NCBI GenBank assembly: GCA_951406725.2 | Contig: OX597819.1 | Span: 57,722,001 to 57,786,000, forward strand | Origin: Octopus vulgaris | Lineage: Eukaryota | DNA length: 64,000 nt | Reading direction: 5' to 3' | In this document: one piece after another, positions 12,448 to 26,699 of the stretch | Layout of the letters: every line of letters begins with the position of its first letter | How positions within the stretch are numbered: the first letter of the stretch is position 1 | Notes under the pieces: model-generated | Database searches by the model: none | Told to the model about the DNA's origin: nothing | The model's input: only the letters and a program-made list of their open reading frames with translations | Position numbers and translations under genes: made by a program

Positions 12448-14300
12448 CGAGCGGTGAGTTCATTTTTCTGTCTTGTCCCCCATTTTTGGAGGACAGGTCG
12501 ATTGATTTTGGTTTTTAACCGTAGTTGTTTGCATTATCCCCACCAACATGGAGGAAGCAATAAAACACAGTGGTGCTCATATGCGAGAAATGGACGAGCG
12601 TGAGCAGCGTCACCAAACGTCAATGAGAGCGAGAGAGCGGGCGCGCGAAGCGACTTGGGGCTAAAAAGAAGAACAGACGATAGCTGTATTTGTGTCGAAA
12701 AACAAACGGACTAAAAGGCCGAGCCAATTTTTTCAAGAAGGATCGCTTAGAAGATCTTCGGAAAAGCGAAGGCTCCGTTTTTGACAACACTGTTCCAAAG
12801 AAAAACAGCGATTTTGAAAATGCAAACAATGAGATCCCTTTCGTCAGCAAAGCAACGGACGCGTTGAGGATAAGTAACAATAACAGCAAGAACAACAGCT
12901 GCAGCAACAACAACATCAGCAGCGCCAGCAACAACCAGAACAACAACTGCAGCAACAAAACCGTCAAAAACAATAACAAAACAATGAAGGCGCTGAGACA
13001 TGAATCGGTGCAACGGCTTGGATTAGATCTTCTAAACTGTCATTCGCTGAAGTAACCGAGTCATCTCTCCAGAGAATACACTTCTCCGAAGAGGAACTTA
13101 AAATGCGAAACAGCTAGCCGAGAGTGACGAAATGGCTGAAAAGTTAAATACTTTCACTGAGACAATCCAGGATACGATATGCCGCACAGTGACGTATCGT
13201 ACAATCGGTTTGAAATCAAGGATGGTGGAAAGAGCCACCGAAGCTCAAATACAAAAAGCTTTAGGTTCCTTCTGGAATGGGAAGGAGTAAATACAAAGAG
13301 GAAGGGCCTTAGAAGCTATGACACGTGCCAGATGAACAGAACTCGGAAAGAAAGATGAACAGCAAAGTCCATAGCTACCATATGTATCGCATAGAGTTCC
13401 GCCTGGGTTGGACATCTGGTTATTTTTACCCTGTATCATTTTGGAAGGACATAACACAATCCTTGAAGTCCCACCCGGTCTCCAGGGCCACCAATTGGTT
13501 ACATATCCGGTTTCATTTTCTCCTCGTTAAGTTTCAAGCAACGTGATGACTCAGGGAAAGAAGTGTATTAATGCACATTGCGTCGGGGGGTCACATTAAA
13601 TGCAGTGTCGTCAGCTCATTGACATCTCATCGCTAGATTGGTCGTGCTAGTCATCTGCGAAATCTGGATTTCGAACCTACACAGCTTAACACACATTTTT
13701 GTTGATTTTAAGATCACTTACTCGGCCTGTAAGGGTGATGGGGTAGCGGCACTCTTTCGAAATAACCTGGGCTTGGTGACATTATCGATCTTTCTGGACG
13801 AGGTTGGTGATTCAAGACATGAAGGGTAACGGACTGAAATTCTTTAGATTAGCCGCCGTGTATGCTCTGCCGGATTTCTTCAGGTGTCTGTATGGTTTAC
13901 TGGGATCGTTCCACTTTTGGTGCTTGTGGACAATTCGAATGTTGTCTTTGATGTACATCTGGATTGTCTGATGTTTGCTGATTAGAAAGGTTGATGTAAA
14001 AGCTTTGCAATCCAGCTCAGTCGTTTTCAATTGCTGATAGTGTAGGACTGGATTTCCTGAAGATACCAATGAGGATACCAACACTCTTGATTGCAACATC
14101 CAGATCGATTCAAGGCGGAGTAATTTTTAGGTCACAAGATAAAGATAGCGCAGGTCCCCCCATGCATTTCAAAGTTGTCGGTTATATAGACTACAAAACC
14201 AGATTCAACCAAGATAAGTTCCCTATACAGGGACCAAGTTTCTGGAAACTTAACGCCTATTTCCTGGGGTAATGACTTTACAGAGGTCGAATTAGACAAG
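12448..14300 (+). mobile_element. L1/Tx1-clade LINE, 5' portion (UTR, decayed ORF1 from ATG 12548, decayed APE endonuclease ~13560-14290)
   Basis: GC-richer block. APE traces VLVICEIW, KGDGVAALF, RLAAVYA and VGYIDYK (SDH position), followed by the L1/Tx1 hallmark GPSFWKLN. ORF1 contains a CAA/CAG expansion. Confidence 0.7.
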
Positions 14301-15119
14301 TAAAGAAGAAACGAACATTGTCAATATTTTGAAATACCTATCTTTAAAATTTACTGCTAAAAAACAATTTTAAATTGTGTTTTCTGACGTATCTATTTAA
14401 GTTCCAATCCATATTGATGAATGAAGAAAAAGTAGATGATGATGTTGACGAAGATAAATAGTGGTAGTTGCAGCAGCAGCAGCAGCTGGTCTCCCTTCCG
14501 GATGCTATATAACTATACGCCTATATGGCAACATAATCTTAATTCTCTTTACACACATAGATACATATATATATATATATATATATATAGGGAGGGAGTG
14601 AAGATAAAGGAACAGGAAAACTCGTCACATAAACTTACCAGCTTTCTATGAAGAATATATTCTATAAGACGAATTATTCGATCGTTTTGTCAGAAATGTG
14701 TAAGTTGATGTTCAAATGCGAAAATCAGACGAAAACATACTATCTATTTAGTATTTCTATTATTTTACAATCTATGTAAAGTTAAAACCAAAATGCATAA
14801 TGAAAGGGTTTACCAGTTCCTGCTTATTGACTGGTAGTATTGATTCAGTTGGCGATTTAACATATTGACCTAAGTAATCGACTTCTGCAATATAATTTAG
14901 CACTAGTCAAACGTTATTGCCTATCGGGTGAGTTTTGGGAATAAACTAATAGATACATCACAGAACTCGTGAGTTAATGATGGGTTGGTTACAGTCGGTT
15001 GAATATTAATGAATCTGTACTTTTAAATACGAAAAGCATATGTTGGCTATACCTACCTACCTACCTACCTACATACTACCTACCTACCTATCTACATACA
15101 TACTACGTATATATATATA

Positions 15120-15302
15120 GGGAGAATTCAAAAATAACAAAAGACGAAGACAGGTGGTGCAGACAACAAACAGATGTATTAGTATAACGCTCGGGAAGTG
15201 AAAAAGTCTTTAACATTTCGAGCCTACGCTTTTCCACAGAAAGGAACACAGAAGGAAACAAGGTGAGAAAATAAAGAATGTCTAGTGGCTAGTGATCTAT
15301 CA
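15120..15302 (-). mobile_element. Short Penelope-like terminal-repeat relic between (TA)n tracts
   Basis: Minus strand reads GGAAAAGCGTAGGCTCGAAATGTT, a decayed hammerhead-like stem II + GAAA. Bounded by TA microsatellite on both sides. Confidence 0.4.
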
Positions 15303-15759
15303 TATATATGTATGTATATATATATTTATATATCTGTTATATAGATATGTATGTATGTATGTGTATATGTATGTATGTATGTATGTATGTATAGAATAAA
15401 GAGATAGATAGATAGATAGATAGATAGACAGACACACTTACTGAGTTTAGGATAGTCTTATTCACTCACGAGTTGACTTCCAGCAAATATGTATGTGTAT
15501 GACTGTCAGTCTGTCTGTATCTGTGTGTGAGTGTGATTAAGCGAACGATATGTAGGTATCTATGATTTGTTTACTACTTTCAGCAACACAGCCACTAACC
15601 CTTGTCATGTTAGTGGCACTGTCTGTCTGGAGACCAATTTCCATTTATTTTCTTCTTTTAGCTGTTTTGATGTTATATTGGATCCAATATTCCTTTTGCT
15701 GTCTCAATGGAGGAGACGAACAAATATGCACGTATTTCTTTGTGCATATATATACATAT

Positions 15760-16068
15760 GTAGAAGCGCAATGCCAAGTGGTTAGGGCAGCGGACTCACG
15801 GTCGTAGGATCGCGGTTTCGATTCCCAGACCAGGCGTTATGAGTGTTTATTTTGCGAAAACACCTAAAAGCTCCACGAGGCTCCGACAGGGGGGTGGTGA
15901 CCCCTGCTGTACTCTTTTGCCACAACTTTTTCTCACTCTTTCTTCTGTTGGCCTGCTCGCTTAGTCAGCGGGATGGCGTCACTTGAAGGTTAAAACAATG
16001 CGAAGCGCATTGTGACCAGCGATGTGTGGCAACATCTGACAGCCTGGTCGGTCACGGGGATCACGATG

Positions 16069-16069
<1 letters not shown>
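15760..16069 (+). mobile_element. tRNA-derived SINE family C
   Basis: tRNA-like head AGTGGTTAGGGCAGCGGACTCACGGTCGTAGGATCGCGGTTTCGATTCCC. Homologous heads at 25075-25232, 31619 and 49765. Confidence 0.88.
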
Positions 16070-16099
<30 letters not shown>

Positions 16100-16160
16100 C
16101 AGAGAGAAAGAGAGAGATACATACATACATATATAATTGTGTGTGTATATGTATGTATGT

Positions 16161-16470
16161 GAAGGTGCGTGGCTTAGTGCTTCGGGGTATTCGGCTCGTG
16201 AGTTCAATTCCCGGCGGCGCGTTGTGTCTTTGATCAAGACACTTTATTTCACGTTGCTCCAGTCCACTCAGCTGGCAAAAATGAGTAGTACCTGTATTTC
16301 AAAGGGTCAGCCTTGTCACACCCTGTGTCACGCAGAATCTCCCCAAGAACTACGATAAGGGTACACGTGTCTGCGGAGTGCTCAGCAACTTGCACGGTAA
16401 TTTCACGAGCAAGCTGTTCCGTTGATCGTATCAGCTGGGACCCTCGTCATCGCAACCGAAGAAGTGCTAC
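16161..16470 (+). mobile_element. tRNA-derived SINE family D
   Basis: A box TGGCTTAGTG, B box AGTTCAATTCC and central TTCACGTTGCTCCAGTCCACTCA. A reverse copy of this core lies at ~32920-33042. Confidence 0.8.
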
Positions 16471-17026
16471 TATGTATGTATATATGTATGTATTTATGTA
16501 TGTATGTATATACCGTACGCACAAATACACATATATTTATATATATTTGTATGCATATGAATTGTATATCTATGTATGTGTGTTTGAGTGTTTGTAGATA
16601 TGGCTGTATGTGTAACTGAAATGAAAAAAAAATTTATATCACTTTTGAAGCAGAAAACTGTTTGGTAAAAGACAACCGGAAAATGATTGGCAATTAGTTC
16701 TGCAACGGCCCACTCTTTGTCAATAGTGATTTCGTTATTAGAAAAACGTAAACATACTATGGAGTTCGTGGGTTTGAAAACATTCACCAGGACAGAATCG
16801 TAGGTTTTACTTTGACATATGATGCCTGTATGACATGATAAAGTTTAATATTTTGCCAATAACTTTAGACTAATAATGGTTTGACTTCATTAAACATTGT
16901 ATGGAGTATAATTGATTGAATTAACATCACTTCGTTACAGCCATTTTATCAATTGCTGTCATGTGACAAGTGACAATCAATTCAAGAGCAAATAGTTACT
17001 GTAAAGATATTTGCATTATCTCTTAT

Positions 17027-17059
<33 letters not shown>

Positions 17060-17309
17060 AAGAGAGAGAGAGTGAGAGAGAGAGTGAATACATACTCATA
17101 CAAATTTGTCAGTTTCTGTATTCTTGTTTCACATTTTGGTATCGGGCCAGCAACTTTAAGTTGAAGGATTTAGCTTTATAACCTCTCAGTGGTGGTGGTG
17201 GTGGTGGTGGGTGGAGCAAATTAAGTGCCAGTCAATTATTTAGGTCGACGTTATAAGCCCCTCCCTTTAAAATTCAGCCCTTGTGCCTATAGTAGATATT
17301 ACCATTATT

Positions 17310-17985
17310 ATTGCTTTACTTCTCAGAATGCTCGGTCTTGTTTGTTCTTGTAGATTCTTTGAGAGCGGACAGCAGCCTGCAATCAGAAAGTTCACAAGGT
17401 TGATTCTGCACGTTATTGATTGTTAATTATCGTGGGAGACATGCAAGTACCAATCTCAATATCTTAGCTGGCCCAGCAGAGCAAATTGGTGGGGCTTGCT
17501 CTGCTCTTATGTCACTTCCGATTTTTCTGACACATTTCCCGGATTGGTGTTAGTGATCCGAGTACCCCTACAATTACCGGAATGACAGACACTCTCCTCA
17601 TAGTCCACGTTTTTACAATTCGTAATTTTGTAGTGTGTATTTTTCAATCTTTATTTAGTTCTTTGTCACTTACGCGTGTATGCCAAGGTATTGCAATATC
17701 TATAATCTTGGTTTCGTCTTGCCTTTTATCTACCACAACACTATCTGTTCTCCGAGCCTCGATTTGAGAATCGCACAAGATTGTAAAATCCCACAGTATC
17801 TAATTCTCTTTGTTCTCGGTAACTCCTTCTGGTTCATGTTCGTACCATTTCCGTACTCTGTCCAGGCTGTACTTTACATGTAGCCTCCAGTGGACGAACT
17901 TAGCCACGTTATCGTGCCTCCTTTCGTAGTGGTTTTGGGCCAGATCGCTACACTCACTCACAATATGTGAGATTTTTTTTCGTTT
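17310..17985 (-). mobile_element. Dong/R4-type non-LTR retrotransposon 3' fragment (CCHC finger + restriction-like endonuclease)
   Basis: ISHIVSEC..LAQ..Y.RRHDNVAK.VHW, WYEHEPEGV.EN, ILWDF, IEARRTD, KIIDIAIP, IEKY and VIPVIVGVLG. Confidence 0.88.
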
Positions 17986-18574
17986 CATAATATGGGATTG
18001 TTTCATTTCACATGTGAGACTGTTTCGTTTATTGTTATTATTATCATTATTATTATTCGACATTTGGTAGTTTCAGACATGTTTCTACGGCATGACTCTC
18101 ATTTTTCTGGAGGGTGTGCAGCATTGTATGTTCTTTTTCGTATTTGGAGAGTGCAAACTCTTCCCAGTATAATATTGTGTCAGTTTGTTGTGTTATGGGG
18201 TTTGGTTGCAATCTTTTGTTTTATCAATAGTTGTATTGTGTGTGCATGTAATGCAAGTTGCGCTCTTCTATTGTGTTTCTGGACTGTTATTGTTGTTTAC
18301 TTAATTGGATATTTGCTACATAGAGTGTGCCTTGTGCTTATGGGTGTCTTTCCTTTACCCGAGGTGGCAGAATGGTTAAAATACCGGACAAATCACTTAG
18401 CGATATTTAGCTGTTTCTTATATGCATTTTATGTGCGTTCATAGTTCCGTTTACCCAATCGGTCGATTGCTCGATTGAAAAAAAACTGAGAGGCGAAATG
18501 AAGCAGAAATTCATATAGCATTCTGACGATCATCTGCCTCTAGAGAGATTTCCGTCTGCCTCAAATAAAACACA

Positions 18575-18641
<67 letters not shown>

Positions 18642-21600
18642 TTAGTGGTTTTAAACACTGCATGTCCATATTATCTTATTACGAATGCCACAACAAATTT
18701 CTCCATCAAGATAATTTACCCTTAAGTAAAATACATAAATGGCTCTTTTAATCCTGGACTTCCGTAACGAAATATCAGCCGTCTATTTGTGCTTTGAAGA
18801 AGTTCGTGCCTTGCCTTTTGCTGAACTTAAGTATTTTAGCACGGTTAACAACGTTAATCGCCGATCTTTATATTGTGGACTCGTGGCTGTGAGCCCGTAA
18901 TAGCTAGAAGCATCATATAGATGCAGGAGGATATCTAGATCCTTTTATATGCCGCAATGTGCTCTGCGGTACACGTCCTACAGCAACGTTGGAGGTATCT
19001 TTCTGGTTTTGAAATCTGAGTCATGAAACATGCGCTACCTCCGCACAGCATTCATATACGAGTTTTATAATTATCACCGAACATCAACCGTGGTTAGTTG
19101 GCCTCCCAATACAGATCATAAGAGAGGTAAATACAGAGAATAATAGACAGAAACAACTCCTGTGCATTTAGGACTTCCTTATAAAAAGTTAAACGGTTCA
19201 GACTGTGGGATAGGGGCCAGTTTTAAGCAGTCACCTAGACTATTGCGTAGACATCTTTCATGATTTGTAATATCTCGATTTACCTAAATGTTATGTAATA
19301 GTCATATCGATGAGTATATTGCGATTATACTTTTGTTTTTAGTTTAAGACGACATAAATGGAAGTAGAGAACTATACCTGATAAATTTCTCTGGGTGTCA
19401 GAGACATTTAGCGGGGTGTGGGAAGGGAAAAATATCTACAAATATCTTGTCAACAAATGTTTGAAACTGAGTTGAGTTCATTCAATCAAGCAAAGACACA
19501 AATGGTAGTGTTAAGTCATTTGGAGGATTATGTTCACTGCCATAAAATAGGGGACAATACTTCGATGGGCTCCCTCTAACTTTTGCCTACCAACATTTCA
19601 TTCGTAAGGTTTTGCGTCAATCCGTAACTAAAATCCATTTCATCAAGTTACCGCATAAGAGGGTCAAACACGTAATCGCGTTGCTACTGAGCAAATCTCT
19701 TTGCTAAATATTCATGCTTGCATCCAAGTAAACTTGCTTACTTGAGGAGAAGAAACCTGACGAGAGAGAAGTGCTGAAGAGGAATAAACATTTGTAATAT
19801 ACGCCTTATAATCTGAAAACTAACCAGGAAGGAAATGTAGAGCAATATTATTTAAGGAAAGTGTATTGCTGGGTTCTATACACACTATTAATGTTTCGTG
19901 AGAGAAAACATTTACATTTTGGAACTTTTCAAATTTTACAATTGTCAGCTTTGAATTTATTTTATTGACAACAAAATATAAACAGAAAAGTATTTCGTGC
20001 AGAAAGTTAAACTGAAGGCTGACTACTTTTGGATTCACAAATGGGAATCACTAAATGCGACACTGTAAATCATAACATATAATGTTTTATGTTTTATTGC
20101 CAGTTTCACCGAGAATATAAATTGGCATATATAAATAACCAGCAATAAATTTGTTTAATAATGAGTTTTATTTTAGCACGTTAAGAATAAATAAATATAC
20201 ATGTTAGAATAGAAATTCAAAATAGAAATAAAAGTGTTCAAATATGTCGTTTTTGAATGAGAAAATTGGGAAACGTTATATTTTAATAATGAACGCTTGG
20301 TTGGCTGGCTTGACGGCTGGCTACATGTTGGTTCGTTGTATATTTTCTTTTTACTTTTATGTATTTTGTCTTTAGAAATACTATCAGCAGTGTAGTGGGG
20401 AGCTGATAAAGAATAAATGGTAAATTCCATTAAGATAATTAGTTCTGTTTTTTGTAGCCTTGCAAAGGTAAAGAGCTATTTAACAACTGCAACAGAATAA
20501 ATATCAGCTGACCCAGAAAATTGAAAATAACTCACTATAAAATTTGCTGTACAAAGATACAGCTTTTAGGCATCATAAAGTTTTCTAATGTTCCCAATAA
20601 TTTCATTTTATGTTGAAGTCGAATAAGAACATATCGAAATTAAAGGATATTGTTTAATTATACTTTATTGGCTTGACTCTCCATTGGTTTCGAAGATGAT
20701 TATTCAGCATTCATTGAATTAGTGAGTAAGAAGCTGAGTATTCCGCAGACATTTGTATCCTTAGTGTTACTGTAAGACAGAAAGCGTGATGCAGTGTAAC
20801 AAAATTGTATATTTAGATTATAAATACCATCCATCCACAGTTTCAATAACAAGGGTGGGGCGATTCAAGGAAGATAAAAAGCATCTGTTTAAGATGCCAC
20901 ACTGCGGAATCGAACCCAATAGTTTCTGATTGCGAGGCAAATGTCTCAACTATTCGGTCAAACAATTCAACGTCATGGTTCTTCCTAACATTTGCTCAAG
21001 GCTGTAGATTTCATGAGACGGTGTAATCGATGGCTGTACTTTAACTTGTAAATTATTTTATTAACCCCTGAAGAGGAGAAAGCAAAGTTGGCCTTGGCGG
21101 TATTTGAACTCAAAATATTAAGCTCTAAAACTAAATACTGCGAGCTATTTTGTCCAATGCGTTAACGTTTTGGATTAATCTTGGACTACTCTGTGGCTTG
21201 CTGATTCGGCCCTAATATTCTCTGATCTAGCAAAATCATGATGTAAGACATTTTTCTCACTATTTTTAACCAATGAACCTCTTTCATCTCTTTTTACTCT
21301 AATGGATTTCCATAGCCATTCAATGTTTCACAATCATTTTATATTCTTATAATTATATACTAGAATGAAATGTGTATTGTAAAGTACAACCAATTTATTG
21401 CAAATAAATTTTAATAACAAAATTTGATATAAACACTTAAGAACCATATGGAGCACGGTTGAGTCCATATTGACCCTGGATAGGTATTTCTTCTAGCCAT
21501 TTCATTTTCGTCTCCTTTCTGGTTATAATGATCGCGTTAAATTAATATTCAGAATTTCCTTCTCATCTGCTGTTTGAAGAAGCCAAGCTATCGTATAGAA

Positions 21601-22921
21601 AGCCTATTGTTAAAGTTATAAATATTAGAAATTCTTAAAGTTGGAGCAAAATCACAATATCGGAGGAAGGGTTTTAGCTGAGTATACCAGTCTCATACAC
21701 GATTCATTATTTGCTTCATCCATCCAATAACAAACTTACGATAGAGTCCATCTTGTCGAGTGTTTATTTATGGTTTAACACTCATGTAATCTATCCTAAC
21801 ATCCACTGTGAAGGAGTTAAAACTTTTTCACCATTAAGTCTCCGACCACCACTGTGATCGTATACATCCCATAGCCAATAAGGTGGCCATTTTCAAATCG
21901 CCACATATCGAAAATATATGCACACATATAAGCAATGTTCGGAGTGAAGTTTCTTTCAATGAATTGAATAGATATTTTAATTAGAAAAAACTTCTCCCAA
22001 GCGGAAACTCTTTTGATGGCGTGTTTTATTATGAACATATAATAATAATAATATAAATAATAATAATAATAATAATAATAGTCTTCGGAAACATCTGAAG
22101 ATTGGCCACCCACAAAAATAGAATCAATGGAACACAAATGCGATTGTAAGTAAAGTAGAATATGACAATTGAAGAATTAAACAATAAAATATCTTCCAAC
22201 TGACATTAAGGAATGTATTTACGATAAAACTCAAGAGTATCATAGCAAAACAGTAAAGAATTGTAAACCTGGCAACCAACGACCTAATGAAAACAATGAA
22301 TGAATTTGAATATCGTCAAGTTTTTAGCAGCAGCTATTTTGATTACAACGAAATGTCGGTATTCCTTTAGATCTACTCATATTAACTGCAATGTAAACAG
22401 CATGAGGAACAAGCATATGGAACAGTTTAAAAATGTGAAAAAAGTTCTCAACATTCTATGAAATCAACAACAGAACGACACAAACAGAAATAAATATGCA
22501 GATACAAATATTACAAATATAATATAACAAAAATTAGAAGTATCCGAAATCGGGAATGCCTGAAACAGGTGATTTTTCGATAAATCGCAAAAGTACCGCT
22601 TGCATAGAAAAATATCAGTGAGTCTTTGAACTAAATAAACAGTTCCAGATCAGTTCAAAGTAGAATTGAAATCAATGCAGGGCTAACAGAATGAAGATTA
22701 GAAATCTGGGAGAAGAGAGTTGATAGCGAAGGCCCAACCAAACATAACCTGATGTTTTGCAGTCTAAGGCTTCATAACATCAATATTACAGATAATAAAC
22801 ACATGTAAAAACAAAAATGAAGCCAGAAACCAAAATAAATGCTACAAAGATCCGTTTGGAGGAAAAGATCATCTACTTCTGAACAAAACTCTACCCATAA
22901 CTATAGCAGTCGAACGAAGAG

Positions 22922-23131
22922 TCTAAGTATGGTATATCTTGGTTAGCAGAAACATGAGATATAAACAAGCTAACTGCAATAATATGGAAATAATTAAACA
23001 CATGATGAATAAATGCTAAACAATGCTGCAGATGCAGGTTAAATTGAATTGTTTAAGCTGACAGCATGCGGGTTAAGGAAAAATATTCCTATAGTATACA
23101 TTCAGCTTCTTTTCAAGTGGCGTTAATACCG
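22922..23131 (+). repeat. Left arm of a ~210-bp inverted duplication
   Basis: Its reverse complement aligns colinearly with 27561-27771. Confidence 0.9.
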
Positions 23132-23149
23132 ATAACTAATGCGTTAAAA

Positions 23150-23950
23150 CAGATCGGATTTAGATAAAAAATACTGACAGCTTGATCAGTCAGATATTTT
23201 ATGTGGGCGAACTCGTTCATACGTTTTATTTTATCATACACAATGCTCCAATTACTACTGGTATTGATTTCACCTTCATGCCCCTCATCTTGAATACTTC
23301 AAATTCGAGATCTTTGCACATTGACAATTTCTCTACTTCTCTTTGGGCAATATTTTGGTCAGAAGGGACAGCAATGTGGATCAGTAAGCAGGTGTATTTT
23401 TTCTTACGAATCCTTGATTATTATACCAGAGCGATTAGCTTTGATTTCTTTGCCAGTTTGAACATGGTCGTAGTTATCTACTTGTTAGTTTTCATGTTGT
23501 AGTTTTGGCATATTGACCTGTGGACATAACTCCTTATACAGTCATATCTGTATAAATATTCGGATTACTTCGGCTCACTTCTCTGTCAAACCTTGCAGAG
23601 TATTGGTCATGGGGTGATTTTTTTCTCTTCATTTCATCTTTAGTGTGTTTTGATATTCTGTTTTCATGTTTTTGTCTCTGCTGCGTTGTCATTTGAGATC
23701 AGCATTTCAGCGTAGTTTGTTTCAGCATTGTATTTTGTCACCTCCTTTTTATTTTTTCTTTTGCGCCTCGTTTTATTACATGTAGTAGTCGTCCAGGTTT
23801 TTTTATATGTATTTTTCAAGCTCAACTGCTTTTATTTTACACAAGTCCTCTATCTCTGTCAGACGGCGACCTCCCTCTGAGTAGGGTGAATATATATTCC
23901 GTCTGTGTCTGCTTTGGGGCGGTGACTTAGATAAGCTGTTAATAGTTTTC
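23150..23950 (-). mobile_element. Dong/R4-type LINE relic, internally deleted
   Basis: Minus strand ~23250-23450 encodes TCLLIHIAVPSDQNIAQREVEKLSMCKDLEFEVFKMRGMKVKSIPVVIGAL (RLE domain). Confidence 0.75.
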
Positions 23951-24009
23951 TTGTTTTTCTAAGTTTTCCAGTTCACAAATCTTTCTATTCATTAATCTTA
24001 TCGTTAGCA

Positions 24010-24210
24010 TTATTATATTTATTATTATTATTTTGATTATTATTATTATTATTTTGATTATTATTATTTTTTTTTTTATTGTTGTTATTGTTATTATTGT
24101 TATTATTATTATTGTTATTATTATTATTATTTTTATTATTTTGTTATTATTATTATTATTATTGTTATCATTTTGTTATTATTATTATTATTATTAAGTT
24201 TATTATTATA
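24010..24210. repeat. (TTA)n/(TTG)n microsatellite
   Basis: Directly visible. Confidence 0.95.
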
Positions 24211-25025
24211 AAATTGTTATGAAGAAAAAAAGAACAACAGTTGTATATTCAGCCTTTCCCAAGTGTCCAAAGTAATTAATATACATGGACTGCAATGCTT
24301 CCAAATGGAGAAGATAGATTATGTGAGAGGGAAAAGAAGAAATATGATGCTGGGAGATGTTGAAAATATTGTTGCAGAAACTTTCGGCTAGTGAAAAATG
24401 CTAAGTAAAAAAAAAAAAAAAAAAAAAATGTATGGTTGAGATAAAATACAAGTAATGATGTGAAAATAGAAAGGAATGAAAAGAAACGAAAGGAAAGTGT
24501 CATGCAAAGTGACTGATTGAGAAAATGAAGAAAGCTCCATAGATAAGAACAGCTGGAACAAGCGATGATGATGGAAGAGGCAATGAAAAGAAAGAGTGAG
24601 AACGAACATGCAAGTTAGATTATCGTCTTTCAACGAATTTGTTAATGTAATTCTATATGAGTTGTCGTTTCGTTATTTATTACTTAACGTACTTCGGTAT
24701 TTCAGACATGTTTATCGGATTACGGTGTTAGTGTCGTAGAAATATGGAAGAACACGGCTGGAGTTCATTTTCTGCCATTTGATACGAATATCTCAGCAAC
24801 TATGGATAACGGTTAAATTTAATATTATTTCGGTAGAAATATTGCAGGTTTTCAAAAATATTGCATGTTTTTATTGTATGTTTTCAGTATAAGTCTATAC
24901 TTATATACCTGTGACTTGGAAACCTGCAAATGTTTATCATTTGAGAAATATACTTCATTGAAATTATTATACGAAATATATGAACAATCCAGGGAAGTAT
25001 TGTTATATTTTTTTTTTTTTTTTTG

Positions 25026-25232
25026 TACTTGTTTCAGTCATTTGACTGCGGCCATGCTGGAGCACCGCCTTTTAGAGTGGTGAAAGAGTACAGCAGGGAT
25101 CACCACCATCCCCTGCCGGAGCCTCGTGGAGCTTTTAGGTGTTTTCGCTCAATAAACACACACAACGCCCGGTCTGGGAATCGAAACCGCGATCCTCCGA
25201 CCGCAAGTCCGCTGCCCTAACCACTGGGCCAT
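25026..25232 (-). mobile_element. Chimeric SINE: family C head joined to family A 3' tail
   Basis: 25075-25232 is the reverse complement of the 15760 head. 25026-25074 is the reverse complement of the family A tail (GGCGGTGCTCCAGCATGGCCGCAGTCAAATGACTGAAACAAGTA). Confidence 0.85.
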
Positions 25233-25279
25233 GTTTATAAGTCTTGTGATTTCAGTTTTCAATCTTATACATTTTTATA

Positions 25280-25980
25280 CATTTTAACTATTCCCATAGC
25301 GCCACCCATTTTGAGGACATTTAAATGCTTTCACTTCCATCATTCTGTTATTTCTAATTCCTGATTTTTATAAATTCATAACTGATCTTTAATATACTGT
25401 AATTGATGGTATGAAAAAAAAACAGCCTAGCATATTAGACATACCCCAGTCTCAACGGCACATATTCAAGAAAACGTGAGTATCATGAATACAATTAAAT
25501 GGTAGAAGGTATAACTCCGCATAGAGGATCCAAGGTGACATTTTGAAACAACTTTTTGGAAAAAATTAGTTTCTTATACACCCTCGAATACGGTCCTCTT
25601 TTGTTTGTTGAGACTGGAACCCTGTTTACAAGGTATTTCTTTTCTTGAAATCCTCAGAACAATATCCGGTTTCCCCATCTCTCTGTACCTGTAGATTGGC
25701 AAATGTGATAATATGGCCACATTGAGATTTTGCTGGTATATCATTTCTCGTTAACTAGGGCTTGAAGATTTCTTCATAATTTTTAGTGCATGAAATTTTC
25801 ATTTCTAACCTTTTTACACGTATATGTTCTCTGTTTCACATGATGAATCAAGTTGATTCATTCCTCACAGCCTCGTCATATTCTTCTGATATTTCATGTA
25901 TTTCACTTCAATGCATGCCATTATTAATTTCTAGTGGAAAGACGTTGGTCTTTTACAGGCAGCAAATACCATTTCAACTT
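25280..25980 (-). mobile_element. Decayed non-LTR RT relic (tentative)
   Basis: Traces GPYSRVYKK and an AFDTI-like motif on the minus strand. Confidence 0.3.
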
Positions 25981-26699
25981 AACTTGACTCTTGTGGTTCT
26001 CTTCTTATGCTGATATATTTTATTTACTTTCTTTTAGCTGAAAGAATCATTAGCACATCAGCAAATAACTCAGCAGCATATCTTACGGCTCTTTGAATTC
26101 TTGAATTCAAATACCACCGAGTTCAACTTTGCATTTCATCTTTCCGCAGTTCATAAAATTAAGTCCTAGTCAAACTTGCAGTTGATGTTATCAACTTCCC
26201 TCGGACACTTACACTCCGAACACCTTCCCTACAAACCCCTCCCTCACCTGCTGCTAGCCTTGTGCCAACATTAGAACAGTATTACTATAAAAGATGAAAG
26301 ATTGCCATAATCGTTAGAGATTAAATAAAAAGATTTTTTGCGGTGCTTATTCGCACTGTTTGCGTTCTTCAAATAGCTCTGAATTGAATTTAGTCATTCA
26401 TCCTTCCGCGTTCGATAAAATAGAGTACCATGCCAATACCGGTTTTGATGGTTTCGACTAACACACTCTCCCGAGTGCCTAAATGAAAGTCAATTTTTAT
26501 TATTGTTCTTCTTATTGCTGTTGAAATTCGTGAATGAGATTGATTCTCGGACCGGTAGAGTGCTGTCCAAATTACCTCACTTCACCTTTTAGTGAATTTT
26601 TTTTAATAAATACACTCCAGCATTTTTGGTTGAGTTTGCCTTCATTCGTCGTTACTCGATAAATAATTCCCATTACTCATACCCATGCTCTAAATGATG

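Noticed and set aside
12690-13055. Asn-rich host protein exon
   Set aside because: It lies within the frameshifted ORF1 region of a Tx1-like LINE; the low complexity comes from a CAA tract.
15760-15835. tRNA gene (also SINE heads at 11727, 31619, 45906, 49765)
   Set aside because: A/B boxes are present, but the acceptor stem is poor and each head runs into a shared SINE body and tail.
18060-18115. Minus-strand GAAACATGTC suggesting a hammerhead
   Set aside because: There is no CUGANGA or stem II. It looks like the 3' end of a LINE relic next to its (AAT)n tail, with a similar end near 24700.
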